Under the pieces are notes generated by a model. The model ran no database searches, was not told the origin of the DNA, and saw nothing but the letters and a program-made list of their open reading frames with translations. This document shows, one piece after another, positions 1 through 8,857 of a stretch of 63,569 bases of DNA. Numbering within the stretch: position 1 is the stretch's first letter; each line of letters begins with the position of its first letter. The position numbers and the translations under genes were made by a program. The stretch is from Spirochaetales bacterium (GTDB lineage: Bacteria; Spirochaetota; Spirochaetia; Sphaerochaetales; Sphaerochaetaceae): the NCBI GenBank assembly GCA_003247345.1, contig QJZS01000200.1:1-63569 (forward strand), in the 5' to 3' direction.

Positions 1-1189
1 CACTGAAGTTACAATTTCTTACTACCAAATCCTGTACAGGTGCTTCGGGAAGCCCAACAATGAATCCAGCAGTTGAAGTGCTGTTATCACTGGTGCAGTT
101 TTCGATTGTTATCCGTTCAATACGAGGAGTAGTAGCTACTATCGGCAATTTTTCCAAGGAAAAATCCTCAGGGGAGGGTTCTCCACAATTGTAATACATG
201 TTCACGGTAAGAGGACAAAGATTTTCTTTCATTGTTATATTCTGGAAAAGCAAATCAGAAATCAAACCACCACGACCTCTCCTTGTCTTGATCCTGATAC
301 CTCGGTCAGTCCCATCAAACAAGCAGGAATTCACTTTTACATTCTTTATACCTGCTGCCGTTTCACTACCGATAACAGCACCACCGTGAGCATGTCTGAC
401 CGTACAATTCTCAACCAAGATATCGCTGGTAATCTTATTTACCGCGATACCGTCATCACCACTGCCACTCTTCAAGGCTACCCCATCATCTCCTACATCG
501 ATTAGGCAATCCTTTATGGTTACAAAACGACAAGAGTCCACATCAATGCCATCAGTATTCGGAGCATCCTTTGGGTTGATGACCTTACAATCCTGTAGAA
601 TGAGGTTTGTGCTGTAAAGCGGATGTACGGTCCAGAACGGACTGTTTTGTATGGTGATCCCTTCAATCTTCACGTAGTTGGAAGAGAGTATCTGCAAAAG
701 AGGAGGACGGAGGAATTGGCTAAGACGGCCACCGCCACCTTCACTTTGCGTTCTATAGTCAGGATTGAGTTCTGCCAATCGGTGTTCAGCCGGCGTTACT
801 GGTCCAAATTGGATATGCTTTTTCTTCATGGCAGTCTCCCACCACCAAGTCCCGTTCCCATCAATAATGCCCTTTCCGTCAATGGTGACGTTTTGAGCCT
901 CATTGATCAGAAAACAAGGATGCATGCAATAACAATTTACCCCTTCCCATCGGGTATAGAAGGGTTCGTACAGATTCTCATCTGCGATAAATTTGATGGT
1001 AGCCCCTTCATCAAGGTGCAGTGCAAGATTTTTCCCATACAATGTCAACGGACCAGTAAGGTATGTGCCAGAGGCAATAGTAAGTTTCCCGCCTTCCTGT
1101 ATTGCTTCGAAGGCTTTTGCAAATGCCTTGCTATTATCAAACTGTCCATCACCTTTCGCGCCAAAATCGGCAAATGAAAACTCCTGCAT
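1..1189 (-). CDS. Glycoside hydrolase family 28 (polygalacturonase-like), 3' end outside the window
   Basis: Not in the ORF track because it runs off the edge. Manual minus-strand translation from ATG 1189 gives MQEFSFADFGAKGDGQFDNS..., with GH28 motifs APNTDGID, GDD, HGGAVIGSE and GIRIKT. SD AGGAGA upstream. Confidence 0.9.
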   Translation of the reverse strand, partial: MQEFSFADFGAKGDGQFDNSKAFAKAFEAIQEGGKLTIASGTYLTGPLTLYGKNLALHLDEGATIKFIADENLYEPFYTRWEGVNCYCMHPCFLINEAQNVTIDGKGIIDGNGTWWWETAMKKKHIQFGPVTPAEHRLAELNPDYRTQSEGGGGRLSQFLRPPLLQILSSNYVKIEGITIQNSPFWTVHPLYSTNLILQDCKVINPKDAPNTDGIDVDSCRFVTIKDCLIDVGDDGVALKSGSGDDGIAVNKITSDILVENCTVRHAHGGAVIGSETAAGIKNVKVNSCLFDGTDRGIRIKTRRGRGGLISDLLFQNITMKENLCPLTVNMYYNCGEPSPEDFSLEKLPIVATTPRIERITIENCTSDNSTSTAGFIVGLPEAPVQDLVVRNCNFS

Positions 1190-1207
1190 TATACATTCTC
1201 CTATTTC

Positions 1208-1236
1208 TTTACATTCAGGTCGCCAGAACCTACAAT
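1208..1236 (+). promoter_or_regulatory. sigma70-type promoter (TTTACA-17-TACAAT), 7 nt before ATG 1244
   Basis: Direct motif match; no SD before the ATG. Confidence 0.7.
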
Positions 1237-1243
1237 GCTATCT

Positions 1244-2122
1244 ATGAAACAGATAGGATTAAGAGCCCACGACCTGGGTACATTCAACACCATTGAGGAC
1301 CTTGCTGAGGAAATATCCAAATATGGATCATCGATTCCCATTCAGCTTGCCCTTAAAAAAGTTCTCAAAAATGCTCCGAATGCAGAAGACTACACCGAGC
1401 AATTCATTGTTTCCGTCCGCGAAACTCTCAAAGCAAAAGGTGCTTACGTTGGAGTATTCGGCAGTTACATCAATCCTGTACACCCTGACAAAGCTGCAAG
1501 GGATGCAGAGCTTAGGAAATTTGAGAACCATCTCAAATACGCCAACCTAATCGGGTGCCCTCTGGTCGGAACGGAAACTGGTTCCTTCAAAGAAGACAAC
1601 ACCTATCATCCTGATACAGCCAACCCAAAAGTCCTCGACCTCTTTTACCGTAGCGTGGAACGCCTGGTAGAAGCCGCAGTCAAATATGATGCAATCGTCG
1701 GCATAGAGGCGGTTAGCAAAAAACATACCATGAGCACCATCAAACGAATGGCTGATCTTGTGGAAAAGTTCGACACCCCTCATCTGAAGGTTATCTACGA
1801 TCCCGTCAATCTGACTCCTTGGATCGGAATTCCCGAAGCTGATGGCAGCAACAGGGGAGTCCCCTCCTTTGAAGCACAGAAGGACTTCTTCTGCTCAGCC
1901 CTTGATGCCTTTGGTTCCAAGATTGCAGCAATTCATGTAAAAGACTACAAGCTCGACCAAAATGGCTTTAAGATCGGGAACCTTACCGCTGGAGAAGGAG
2001 TTATAGATTGGCCTTTCCTCTTTGAGGAGCTAAGACGACGAAATATCGAAGTCCCTGCTCTTTTGGAGAATTTGACTGTCTCAACCTTACAAAAAACACT
2101 TTCAATGCTTCATACATACTGA
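1244..2122 (+). CDS. Sugar phosphate isomerase/epimerase (xylose isomerase-like TIM barrel, AP_endonuc_2)
   Basis: ORF 1235..2122 with GIEAV, YDPVN, IHVKD and LLE metal-binding pattern. Start set at MKQIGLRAHD. Confidence 0.8.
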   Translation: MKQIGLRAHDLGTFNTIEDLAEEISKYGSSIPIQLALKKVLKNAPNAEDYTEQFIVSVRETLKAKGAYVGVFGSYINPVHPDKAARDAELRKFENHLKYANLIGCPLVGTETGSFKEDNTYHPDTANPKVLDLFYRSVERLVEAAVKYDAIVGIEAVSKKHTMSTIKRMADLVEKFDTPHLKVIYDPVNLTPWIGIPEADGSNRGVPSFEAQKDFFCSALDAFGSKIAAIHVKDYKLDQNGFKIGNLTAGEGVIDWPFLFEELRRRNIEVPALLENLTVSTLQKTLSMLHTY

Positions 2123-2158
2123 CCCACAAAACAAAACCCCTCAAGGGGTTTCTGGGTC
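2121..2158. terminator. Intrinsic terminator between convergent genes
   Basis: AAACCCC-TCAA-GGGGTTT hairpin with outer GACCCA/TGGGTC arms; T-rich tail on the minus strand. Confidence 0.65.
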
Positions 2159-2181
2159 GAATTTTTGAACAATTCCGCTCT

Positions 2182-3324
2182 TTACAGCAAGAGCGGTTGT
2201 TCAAATGAAACTGGACGTTTGTTGTCTGAAAGCACCTTAGCAAGGTAGTTGGTATCCAAATCCAGTTCAGAAACCAATTTCAATAGTACTTCCTCGGGAA
2301 CCAAATTCTGTTCACAAAACAGGAATACTAGTGCTTTCTCGGCTATGTTTTGCGGTTTCAACGCATTGAAGAATATCTCTTCATCCCGTTTGCCCCGGTA
2401 CCGTTCACAGAAATTCTCATATAACATCGATTGCTCGATATTATGCTTCAAAGCAGCAAGTTCCTTCTTCAGTGGTCTATCATCACCACGAGAAGCCATC
2501 TCTCCAAGAGGCTTGAGATGGAAGAAGGTATACTCCTTGCCTGGTAGGTAATGGTGTTCATCACACCGAGCCGCATAGTTCGGTTCCAAGGAACTGTCTT
2601 TATGTGCATCTCCGCCTACAATGATGAGAGGATCAAAATAGAGAGCCGGGCATTCTTGACCGTTTACTTGATAATAACGATACGTATAAAAAGCATCGTT
2701 GATGCAATCAGGATGCTCGCAATAGGCAGTAAGAGGAATGACATCGGTTGCGATATCAAGCATGAGACGAGCCGTCGAATTGAACAAATCCCTTCTGAAA
2801 TTAAGAATCAATGTAGGGAATATGAACATCACTCCGCGTTCATAACTATGATTACGCACGACATAGGCAAGCCTTTCATCGAAAAAGGATGCTTCATCAA
2901 TGATAAAGGTTCCTACAGTCGGGTTGTCTTTAAGCACTTGCTCCAATCCAAAAGAATCACGGATCTTGGCTATATTATCACCACAGCTCACATACCCGCT
3001 ACGATAACAAAGTGCATCGTCCGGATACTCGGTAAACCTAGCTCCATCGATTTCCGACCGGATGAAAAACACTTTTCTTCGGTCGACTTCCCCGCTGCTT
3101 GTCAGCTGCCTTACCTTCTCCCCTTTCTTCTGGGCAATGGCTGCATCACGCCACACACGTGCAGCAAACTCCGTCTTGCCTGAACCCATGGGTCCAATTA
3201 AAAGGACCCTTCGACCAGGGAGGGTAAAATCAAAATGCGAAAATGTATCATGGACATCGAGAGTGGGAAATCCCAGACTTTTCAGGAAATCCGCACTCTC
3301 AATCTTTTGTTCAATACGCGCCAT
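2182..3324 (-). CDS. tdk: Thymidine kinase, long form
   Basis: P-loop GPMGSGKT, IIDEASF, Cys/His Zn ligands (CEHPDC...RCDEHH); directly downstream of deoC. Confidence 0.85.
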   Translation of the reverse strand: MARIEQKIESADFLKSLGFPTLDVHDTFSHFDFTLPGRRVLLIGPMGSGKTEFAARVWRDAAIAQKKGEKVRQLTSSGEVDRRKVFFIRSEIDGARFTEYPDDALCYRSGYVSCGDNIAKIRDSFGLEQVLKDNPTVGTFIIDEASFFDERLAYVVRNHSYERGVMFIFPTLILNFRRDLFNSTARLMLDIATDVIPLTAYCEHPDCINDAFYTYRYYQVNGQECPALYFDPLIIVGGDAHKDSSLEPNYAARCDEHHYLPGKEYTFFHLKPLGEMASRGDDRPLKKELAALKHNIEQSMLYENFCERYRGKRDEEIFFNALKPQNIAEKALVFLFCEQNLVPEEVLLKLVSELDLDTNYLAKVLSDNKRPVSFEQPLLL

Positions 3325-3325
3325 G

Positions 3326-3976
3326 CTACCCCTCTACGATCGCAATGCCGCTTGAAGCTCCAATTCGTGTTGCTCCTGCTTCAATCATGGCCACAGCATC
3401 TTCAAAAGTACGAACTCCGCCTGAAGCTTTTACACCCATTTCAGGACCAACTGTCTTTCTCATTAATGCAATGTCTTTTGCTGTTGCTCCTCCGGTTGAA
3501 AATCCTGTGGAGGTCTTCACGAAATCTGCGCCACTGGCCTTTGCAAGCCGACAAGCGCGAACTTTTTCTTCATCGGTAAGTAAACAAGTTTCAATAATGA
3601 CTTTCAAATGAGCTTTGCCACAGGCTTTCTTTACGGCTGTAATATCATCCTGCACCTTGTCATCGTCATGGTTTTTAAGGTAACCAACGTTGATAACCAT
3701 ATCTACTTCATCAGCTCCTGCCTTTACTGCAGTGCTGGCTTCAAAAGCCTTTCCTTCTGTGGACATTGCCCCCAAAGGGAATCCAACAACCGTACAGACC
3801 ATTACATCACTTTTCTCTAGTAATTTTGCACATAAGGGAACCCAACAACTGTTTACGCATACGGATGCAAAATGATATTCATCTGCTTCCTTACACAGTT
3901 TTTCTATTGTAGGACGAATCGCATTTGCTGCGAGAACGGTATGATCGATGTACTTGGCGACATCTGCTCTTTTCAT
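3326..3976 (-). CDS. deoC: Deoxyribose-phosphate aldolase
   Basis: [29 protein letters not shown] and VKASGGVR motifs; GGAGG SD before ATG 3976. Confidence 0.97.
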   Translation of the reverse strand: MKRADVAKYIDHTVLAANAIRPTIEKLCKEADEYHFASVCVNSCWVPLCAKLLEKSDVMVCTVVGFPLGAMSTEGKAFEASTAVKAGADEVDMVINVGYLKNHDDDKVQDDITAVKKACGKAHLKVIIETCLLTDEEKVRACRLAKASGADFVKTSTGFSTGGATAKDIALMRKTVGPEMGVKASGGVRTFEDAVAMIEAGATRIGASSGIAIVEG

Positions 3977-4089
3977 GGGCAACCTCCATTGAATCTGATA
4001 CTACCTAGCTTACTCTAAAAATGAGGTGCTAGCAACGAGATTAAGACTTCAAGCTTGACGAAGCTCTTGGCTACCTATACGCTAGCATC

Positions 4090-5031
4090 ATGATTCTTCA
4101 AACTATCGAAAAATACTATACGTGGGGCTTAATTGCCATACTACTGTTGAACCTTGCCCAGCGCAAGATTCCAAATTCAAGCAAAAAACGGTTTGCTACC
4201 ATTTATCTTGCAGCACTGTTGCTGCTCTTTGAGATTGGGGTTGTAACCATTCTTTCAAGAGATCTGAACCACAATTTTGCATGGTTGGTTTTAGCAGTCG
4301 TGATTGGAATATTCTTCATTTTCAGGAAACGAACCTTTCCGTTCCGTTTCCGTTGCGCAGATTGCAACAAGACACTCGATTTCAACCACATAATCGGGCA
4401 TGATGACAACCTCTGCCAGGAGTGCTATTACAAGGCACATCCGGAAGAAGCTGCCAAAAAGGAAGAAGAAGAAAAGCAAAGGGCAATTGAAGAAAAGGAA
4501 GATGATTCCGATTCATGGAAAGATGCCCTAACGGTAAATGATATCAATTGGGATTTATGGGAAGCCAAGGAAGTCTGTGTTATCACCTATCTCTTCAAAG
4601 ATGACCAAGTGTTGTTGATCGATAAGAAGACCGGTCTTGGCAGAGGCTTGGTCAATGCTCCTGGTGGGCATATCGAGGAAACAGAAACTGCTTTGGAAGC
4701 TGCAAAAAGAGAATTTACCGAAGAGACTGGTCTTTCTGTAGATGATCTCAAGATGGTAGGAACATTAAATTTCCAATTCCGTGATGGGTTGTCCGAACGG
4801 GGCTACGTTTACTTTGCCTATGCGCATGAGGGAGATATGGTAGAAACAGAAGAAGCCAGACCTTTCTGGTGCCCTGTTTCAGAAATCCCTTATGACAAGA
4901 TGTGGGAAGATGATATCCATTGGCTTCCGCTCGCATTGGAAGGCAAGAAGTTCGAAGGCTCTTTCATCTTTGACGACCAAAAGATGGTTGATAAGGTAAT
5001 CACGATCGAAGAGGATAATGAGGAAGAGTGA
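4090..5031 (+). CDS. NUDIX hydrolase (8-oxo-dGTPase MutT/MTH1-like) fused to N-terminal membrane helices and a CxxC..CxxC domain
   Basis: NUDIX box GGHIEETETALEAAKREFTEETGL and MTH1-like IPYDKMWEDD; about 3 hydrophobic segments at the N-terminus; CADC-x16-CQEC. Confidence 0.85.
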   Translation: MILQTIEKYYTWGLIAILLLNLAQRKIPNSSKKRFATIYLAALLLLFEIGVVTILSRDLNHNFAWLVLAVVIGIFFIFRKRTFPFRFRCADCNKTLDFNHIIGHDDNLCQECYYKAHPEEAAKKEEEEKQRAIEEKEDDSDSWKDALTVNDINWDLWEAKEVCVITYLFKDDQVLLIDKKTGLGRGLVNAPGGHIEETETALEAAKREFTEETGLSVDDLKMVGTLNFQFRDGLSERGYVYFAYAHEGDMVETEEARPFWCPVSEIPYDKMWEDDIHWLPLALEGKKFEGSFIFDDQKMVDKVITIEEDNEEE

Positions 5032-5926
5032 TTTAGCTCTAGGCAGCTGGCAATTCGGTCCCTCGCACGGCTTTTGGACTGATCAAAGTCAAGCTGATTC
5101 CCGTGCAACACTCAAAAGGGCGTTGCACGCAGGAATCAGACACTATGACACAGCTCCTGCATATGGCAACGGGCAAGCAGAGCAATTGCTTGGGTCGGTC
5201 CTAGGTACAAAACGTTCAGAATATATCATTGATACCAAATTCATGCCGAAGCAGCCTGGCATGGTCCGTAAGGATGTCCAAAAGAGCCTCGACCGCCTGA
5301 AAACTTCCTATATAGACACCCTTTATCTCCACTGGCCAAGCAGCTTTCTTGATGTACGTCCAATTCTGGAAGAGGCCAGCTTATTGCTAGAGGAAGGTAC
5401 TGTAAAACGCTTGGGAGTTTCTAATACTCCTATCAGTATGGTAAAGCATTTTGCTGACATACCTATCTCAGTCTTACAAATTCCCTGCTCCCTTATTTGG
5501 AGTCATATGCTACCTTCCTATGTTGAGTTCGCCCAAGAACGACAGCTCAAGCTGGTAGGATACAGTCCACTGGGATTGGGGTTACTGGGAGGCAATCATC
5601 CAGATACCCCCCAGGATAGCAGAAAAGATTTGTATGTCTTCTCATCTCAAACATTCCCCGCTTACCAAAAGCTACGGACTATACTTTCATCGCTTGCAGA
5701 ACAAAAAGGATGCAGCATGGCTCAACTTTCCCTGTTATGGGCAAGAAGCCAAGGGCTCGAAACCATACTCATCGGCTCCCGAAATCCAAACCAACTTGAC
5801 CAGCTTTTGGAAACCAATAATATGAACCTTGACGAAGCAGAAAAAAATCTATTGGATGAACATAGCAGGCTGGTATGTAAAACCATCCCAACGGGTCAAG
5901 ATAATCTATTCGGACACAGGTGGTAG
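5018..5926 (+). CDS. Aldo/keto reductase
   Basis: LGSWQ, YDTAPAYGNG, TK, LYLHWP, GVSN and YSPLG motifs. Confidence 0.9.
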   Translation: MRKSDLALGSWQFGPSHGFWTDQSQADSRATLKRALHAGIRHYDTAPAYGNGQAEQLLGSVLGTKRSEYIIDTKFMPKQPGMVRKDVQKSLDRLKTSYIDTLYLHWPSSFLDVRPILEEASLLLEEGTVKRLGVSNTPISMVKHFADIPISVLQIPCSLIWSHMLPSYVEFAQERQLKLVGYSPLGLGLLGGNHPDTPQDSRKDLYVFSSQTFPAYQKLRTILSSLAEQKGCSMAQLSLLWARSQGLETILIGSRNPNQLDQLLETNNMNLDEAEKNLLDEHSRLVCKTIPTGQDNLFGHRW

Positions 5927-5927
5927 G

Positions 5928-6527
5928 ATGCAAATATTGGTTGAAAAGGCTGAGCATGAAATAGAAGTGAAGAAATCACGTTTCATTGCCATCGCCTTGC
6001 CGATACAGGAGCTTTCACAAATAAAGGAACTTGTACAACAAACCAGGGTGAACCATCCTGGTGCCAATCATGTGGTCCATGCTGCGGTCGTTGGCCCCAA
6101 TGGAGATCTTTACAGCTATAGTGACGATCATGAACCTAAAAACACTGCAGGACGTCCTGCTCTGGAAGTACTCAAAGGAAGTAAGATTACCAATATTCTT
6201 ATCCTGATTATTCGCTACTTCGGAGGCACGTTGCTGGGAACCGGTGGTTTGGTAAAAGCCTATGGTGATAGTGTCCGGGAAATTCTCACCCTTTTAAATA
6301 CGGAAGCTTTGATCGATAAGACTGAATTTACCCTAAAGATACCCTATAACCTATTTGAATTAGTAAAAATAGAACTAGAAACTGTACAAGCAGCCATCGT
6401 AAATGAGGAGTTTTCAACCGAAATTTCTCTTTCAGGAACACTTCCGACAGCAAACAAAGAAGAACTTGCACAAAGAATTATACAGCTCTCCAACGGTCAG
6501 TCATCCGTAGTATTCAACGACTTGTAA
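5928..6527 (+). CDS. YigZ/IMPACT family protein
   Basis: EVKKSRFIA, SDDHEPKNTAGRP, IRYFGGTLLGTGGLVKAY; start at the ATG directly after the AKR stop. Confidence 0.92.
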   Translation: MQILVEKAEHEIEVKKSRFIAIALPIQELSQIKELVQQTRVNHPGANHVVHAAVVGPNGDLYSYSDDHEPKNTAGRPALEVLKGSKITNILILIIRYFGGTLLGTGGLVKAYGDSVREILTLLNTEALIDKTEFTLKIPYNLFELVKIELETVQAAIVNEEFSTEISLSGTLPTANKEELAQRIIQLSNGQSSVVFNDL

Positions 6528-7905
6528 GCTTTGAGAATGTCAAAGAAATTTCTTTTTCCGGCTCATCAAGATCAGGCTCTTCTTTACTCCACAGATAGCC
6601 TGAATCAACCAAGCCTGTCAGTTTAATCGCAACAGAGATTGCAGTCTCCAAAGCCTTAGGTTCAATAGCTTCAACCACATCAGCTTTCGTATGATACACA
6701 GAAGGCTTGGATCGATCGTCCCAGCTCACAGCACTGAGTGTAGTTGCAGGTATATCCATTCGACTTGCCTCAGCAGCATCAGTACCACCGCCAAGGCGTG
6801 GGATTGATACGCTATTGGCCTCATATCCCATTGAACGGGATATCTCTACACAACGTCTCGCCAAGGATTCGCTCAATCTCTGGGTGCCGTTTATGTCTCG
6901 TTCCAAGAACGAGAGATGATCAGCAAAGTAGACGCAATCAAAGTTCAGTACAACCGGGTCGATAAGTAACTCCTTTTGGGTTTTGAACCACTCTCTGGAA
7001 CCTTGCAGTGCTGACTCTTCCCCATCGAAGGAACAAAAAATAATACGGGTATGCTTCAGAGGTTTTTCGCATTCTCGTTTCCAATGGAAATAACGGGCCA
7101 ATTCGACGGTCATCCCGACCGATGCCAGATTATCCCCAGCTCCAGGGGAACCTTCTTTCTCGTAAAAATGACGTAATGGGAATAAAAAAGGAGTTGCAAA
7201 AAGAAGAAGACCCAGAAGGATAAGCATTGGAATGGAAGGAAGATTGGGAAGAAATAATACAAGAGAAAATAATTCAGCAAGAACTTGTACCAAAGACAGA
7301 ACTCCCGAGAGGGCAAACAGCACAATCGGGAATAAAACTGTCTTTGCATAGGAAAACCGATCCAAGGAATTGAAATGATGCAAGGGGGCACTGTCATGAT
7401 GACCGCTGAATATTATGGTATGCAGCACTTCCTGCTCAGGTTCCAAGATACCATGCACATTGATTCCTTCACTTACAGGACGTTTGGGAAACTTAAGCGG
7501 ACGATACAGATATAATTGTCTTGTCACGTACCAGATATATACGCCAAAAAGAGCAAGTGACAACCAAGGTAATCCGAATAACATCAAGACAATAATAATT
7601 GGATATACATACACGGCAACATTCAAAGTAAAGGAATGAAGTGTGGTGTCGATAGAACAGGATGTCTGGCTCGTTGTATCGCAGAACTCAGCATAGGCTT
7701 GTTCGATAGCCTCTGCAGCTTTTGCAGATGACTCACTACCAGCTAACCGAGGTCCAAATTTGTCGATTATCGAATTCGTAAATTCCAATGCAAGGGATGC
7801 AAGTTTACCCGCCTTGAACGTCTCAAGCTTCTGTTTCACAGGTGCTTTTTGACCAGTGACCAAGGTTGGTTGTTTCTTGCGTTTGCCAGGCAGTGTAAAT
7901 CTCAT
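6514..7905 (-). CDS. M28-family membrane metallopeptidase
   Basis: GHHDSA, GAGDNLAS, DGEE, NFD and YHTKAD motifs with inserted hydrophobic segments. Start uncertain; ATG 7905 chosen, just after TTGACA-17-CATGAT. Confidence 0.8.
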   Translation of the reverse strand: MRFTLPGKRKKQPTLVTGQKAPVKQKLETFKAGKLASLALEFTNSIIDKFGPRLAGSESSAKAAEAIEQAYAEFCDTTSQTSCSIDTTLHSFTLNVAVYVYPIIIVLMLFGLPWLSLALFGVYIWYVTRQLYLYRPLKFPKRPVSEGINVHGILEPEQEVLHTIIFSGHHDSAPLHHFNSLDRFSYAKTVLFPIVLFALSGVLSLVQVLAELFSLVLFLPNLPSIPMLILLGLLLFATPFLFPLRHFYEKEGSPGAGDNLASVGMTVELARYFHWKRECEKPLKHTRIIFCSFDGEESALQGSREWFKTQKELLIDPVVLNFDCVYFADHLSFLERDINGTQRLSESLARRCVEISRSMGYEANSVSIPRLGGGTDAAEASRMDIPATTLSAVSWDDRSKPSVYHTKADVVEAIEPKALETAISVAIKLTGLVDSGYLWSKEEPDLDEPEKEISLTFSKLTSR

Positions 7906-7983
7906 GTTCGTTTCATCATGACAAGGTCTTCTCAAGCTGTCAAGAAATGCAAGCTGCCCCTTATTTTTCTGTCTCCAAAGTTC

Positions 7984-8012
7984 TTGACAAAGATTGAGCC
8001 AATTACTATAGT
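7984..8012 (+). promoter_or_regulatory. Promoter of the tRNA/ffs cluster (TTGACA-17-TATAGT)
   Basis: Near-consensus sigma70 hexamers. Confidence 0.8.
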
Positions 8013-8070
8013 GATAACCCGATTGATAGCTAAGAGGGGTACATTTGTGCGCCTTGGCTGAGGTCTGTTT

Positions 8071-8155
8071 GGAGAGATGTCCGAGCGGTCGAAGGAGGCG
8101 GTCTTGAAAACCGTTGAGGCGCGAGTCTCCGAGGGTTCGAATCCCCCTCTCTCCG
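8071..8155 (+). tRNA. tRNA-Ser(TGA)
   Basis: GGAGAG acceptor stem, anticodon loop CT-TGA-AA, long variable arm, GGTTCGAATCC. Confidence 0.95.
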
Positions 8156-8198
8156 TTCTTTCATCTATCTAGATGAAGAAAAGAGTTTTTTTATAGTT

Positions 8199-8285
8199 GG
8201 AGAGGTGCGAGAGTGGCCGAATCGGGCTCCCTGCTAAGGAGTTGACCTGGTAACGGGTCCGGGGGTTCGAATCCCCCCCTCTCCG
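8199..8285 (+). tRNA. tRNA-Ser(GCT)
   Basis: Anticodon loop CT-GCT-AA, long variable arm, T-loop. Confidence 0.95.
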
Positions 8286-8306
8286 TAATAGATTTTTTGC
8301 ATAAAC

Positions 8307-8380
8307 GAGACCATAGCTCAGCTGGATAGAGCATCAGTTTGCGGAACTGAGGGTCGAAGGTTCGAATCCTTTTGGTCTCA
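8307..8380 (+). tRNA. tRNA-Arg(GCG)
   Basis: D-arm TAGCTCAGCTGGATAGAGC; anticodon arm TCAGT-TTGCGGA-ACTGA; GGTTCGAATCC. Confidence 0.93.
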
Positions 8381-8414
8381 TAATTGCGTTTGTGTAACGG
8401 TCATAAACACACTG

Positions 8415-8502
8415 GGAGAGATGTCCGAGTGGTCGAAGGAGACGGACTCGAAATCCGTTGTACCGTCTGACGGTACCGAGGGTTCGAATCCCTCTCTCTC
8501 CG
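8415..8502 (+). tRNA. tRNA-Ser(CGA)
   Basis: Anticodon arm ACGGA-CTCGAAA-TCCGT; long variable arm. Confidence 0.95.
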
Positions 8503-8547
8503 ATTAGCTTGGATTCTTTTTTCTGTAAACCGTTCATTTCGTTCCTT

Positions 8548-8632
8548 GGAGAGGTGTCCGAGTGGTCGAAGGTGTACGCTTGGAAGGCGTATGTGCTGAA
8601 AGGCACCGAGGGTTCGAATCCCTCCCTCTCCG
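8548..8632 (+). tRNA. tRNA-Ser(GGA)
   Basis: Anticodon arm TACGC-TTGGAAG-GCGTA; long variable arm. Confidence 0.95.
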
Positions 8633-8641
8633 TATTTATTT

Positions 8642-8749
8642 CCCAGTCAACAGATTCTGTGCTATGTGCTCTCACCCAACCCCGTCAGGACCGGAAGGTA
8701 GCAGCGGTAAGTGAATTGCCCATGAGACACAGGCGATTTGTTGGCTGGG
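8642..8749 (+). ncRNA. ffs: Small bacterial SRP RNA (4.5S)
   Basis: Domain IV signature TCAGGACCGGAAGGTAGCAGC; ends CCCAGTCAACAGAT/ATTTGTTGGCTGGG pair; T-run follows; lies upstream of dnaX. Confidence 0.93.
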
Positions 8750-8857
8750 TTTTTCTATCTTTTCACTTCTCTCTGTGACCTCCCCAAAACCTGTATCTTC
8801 TATTCCTTGATTACAAAGTATGGTATACTCACAGGGTCTATTCTATGAGGAGTTCAC

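Noticed and set aside
198-1296. Plus-strand ORFs of 63-184 aa
   Set aside because: Antisense shadows of the GH28 gene, which the track missed because it runs off the edge.
8071-8749. tRNA/ffs cluster as an island integration site
   Set aside because: The flanks are core genes; no integrase or duplicated tRNA 3' end seen.
8334-8778. ORFs of 113 and 106 aa
   Set aside because: They overlap tRNA and SRP RNA genes.
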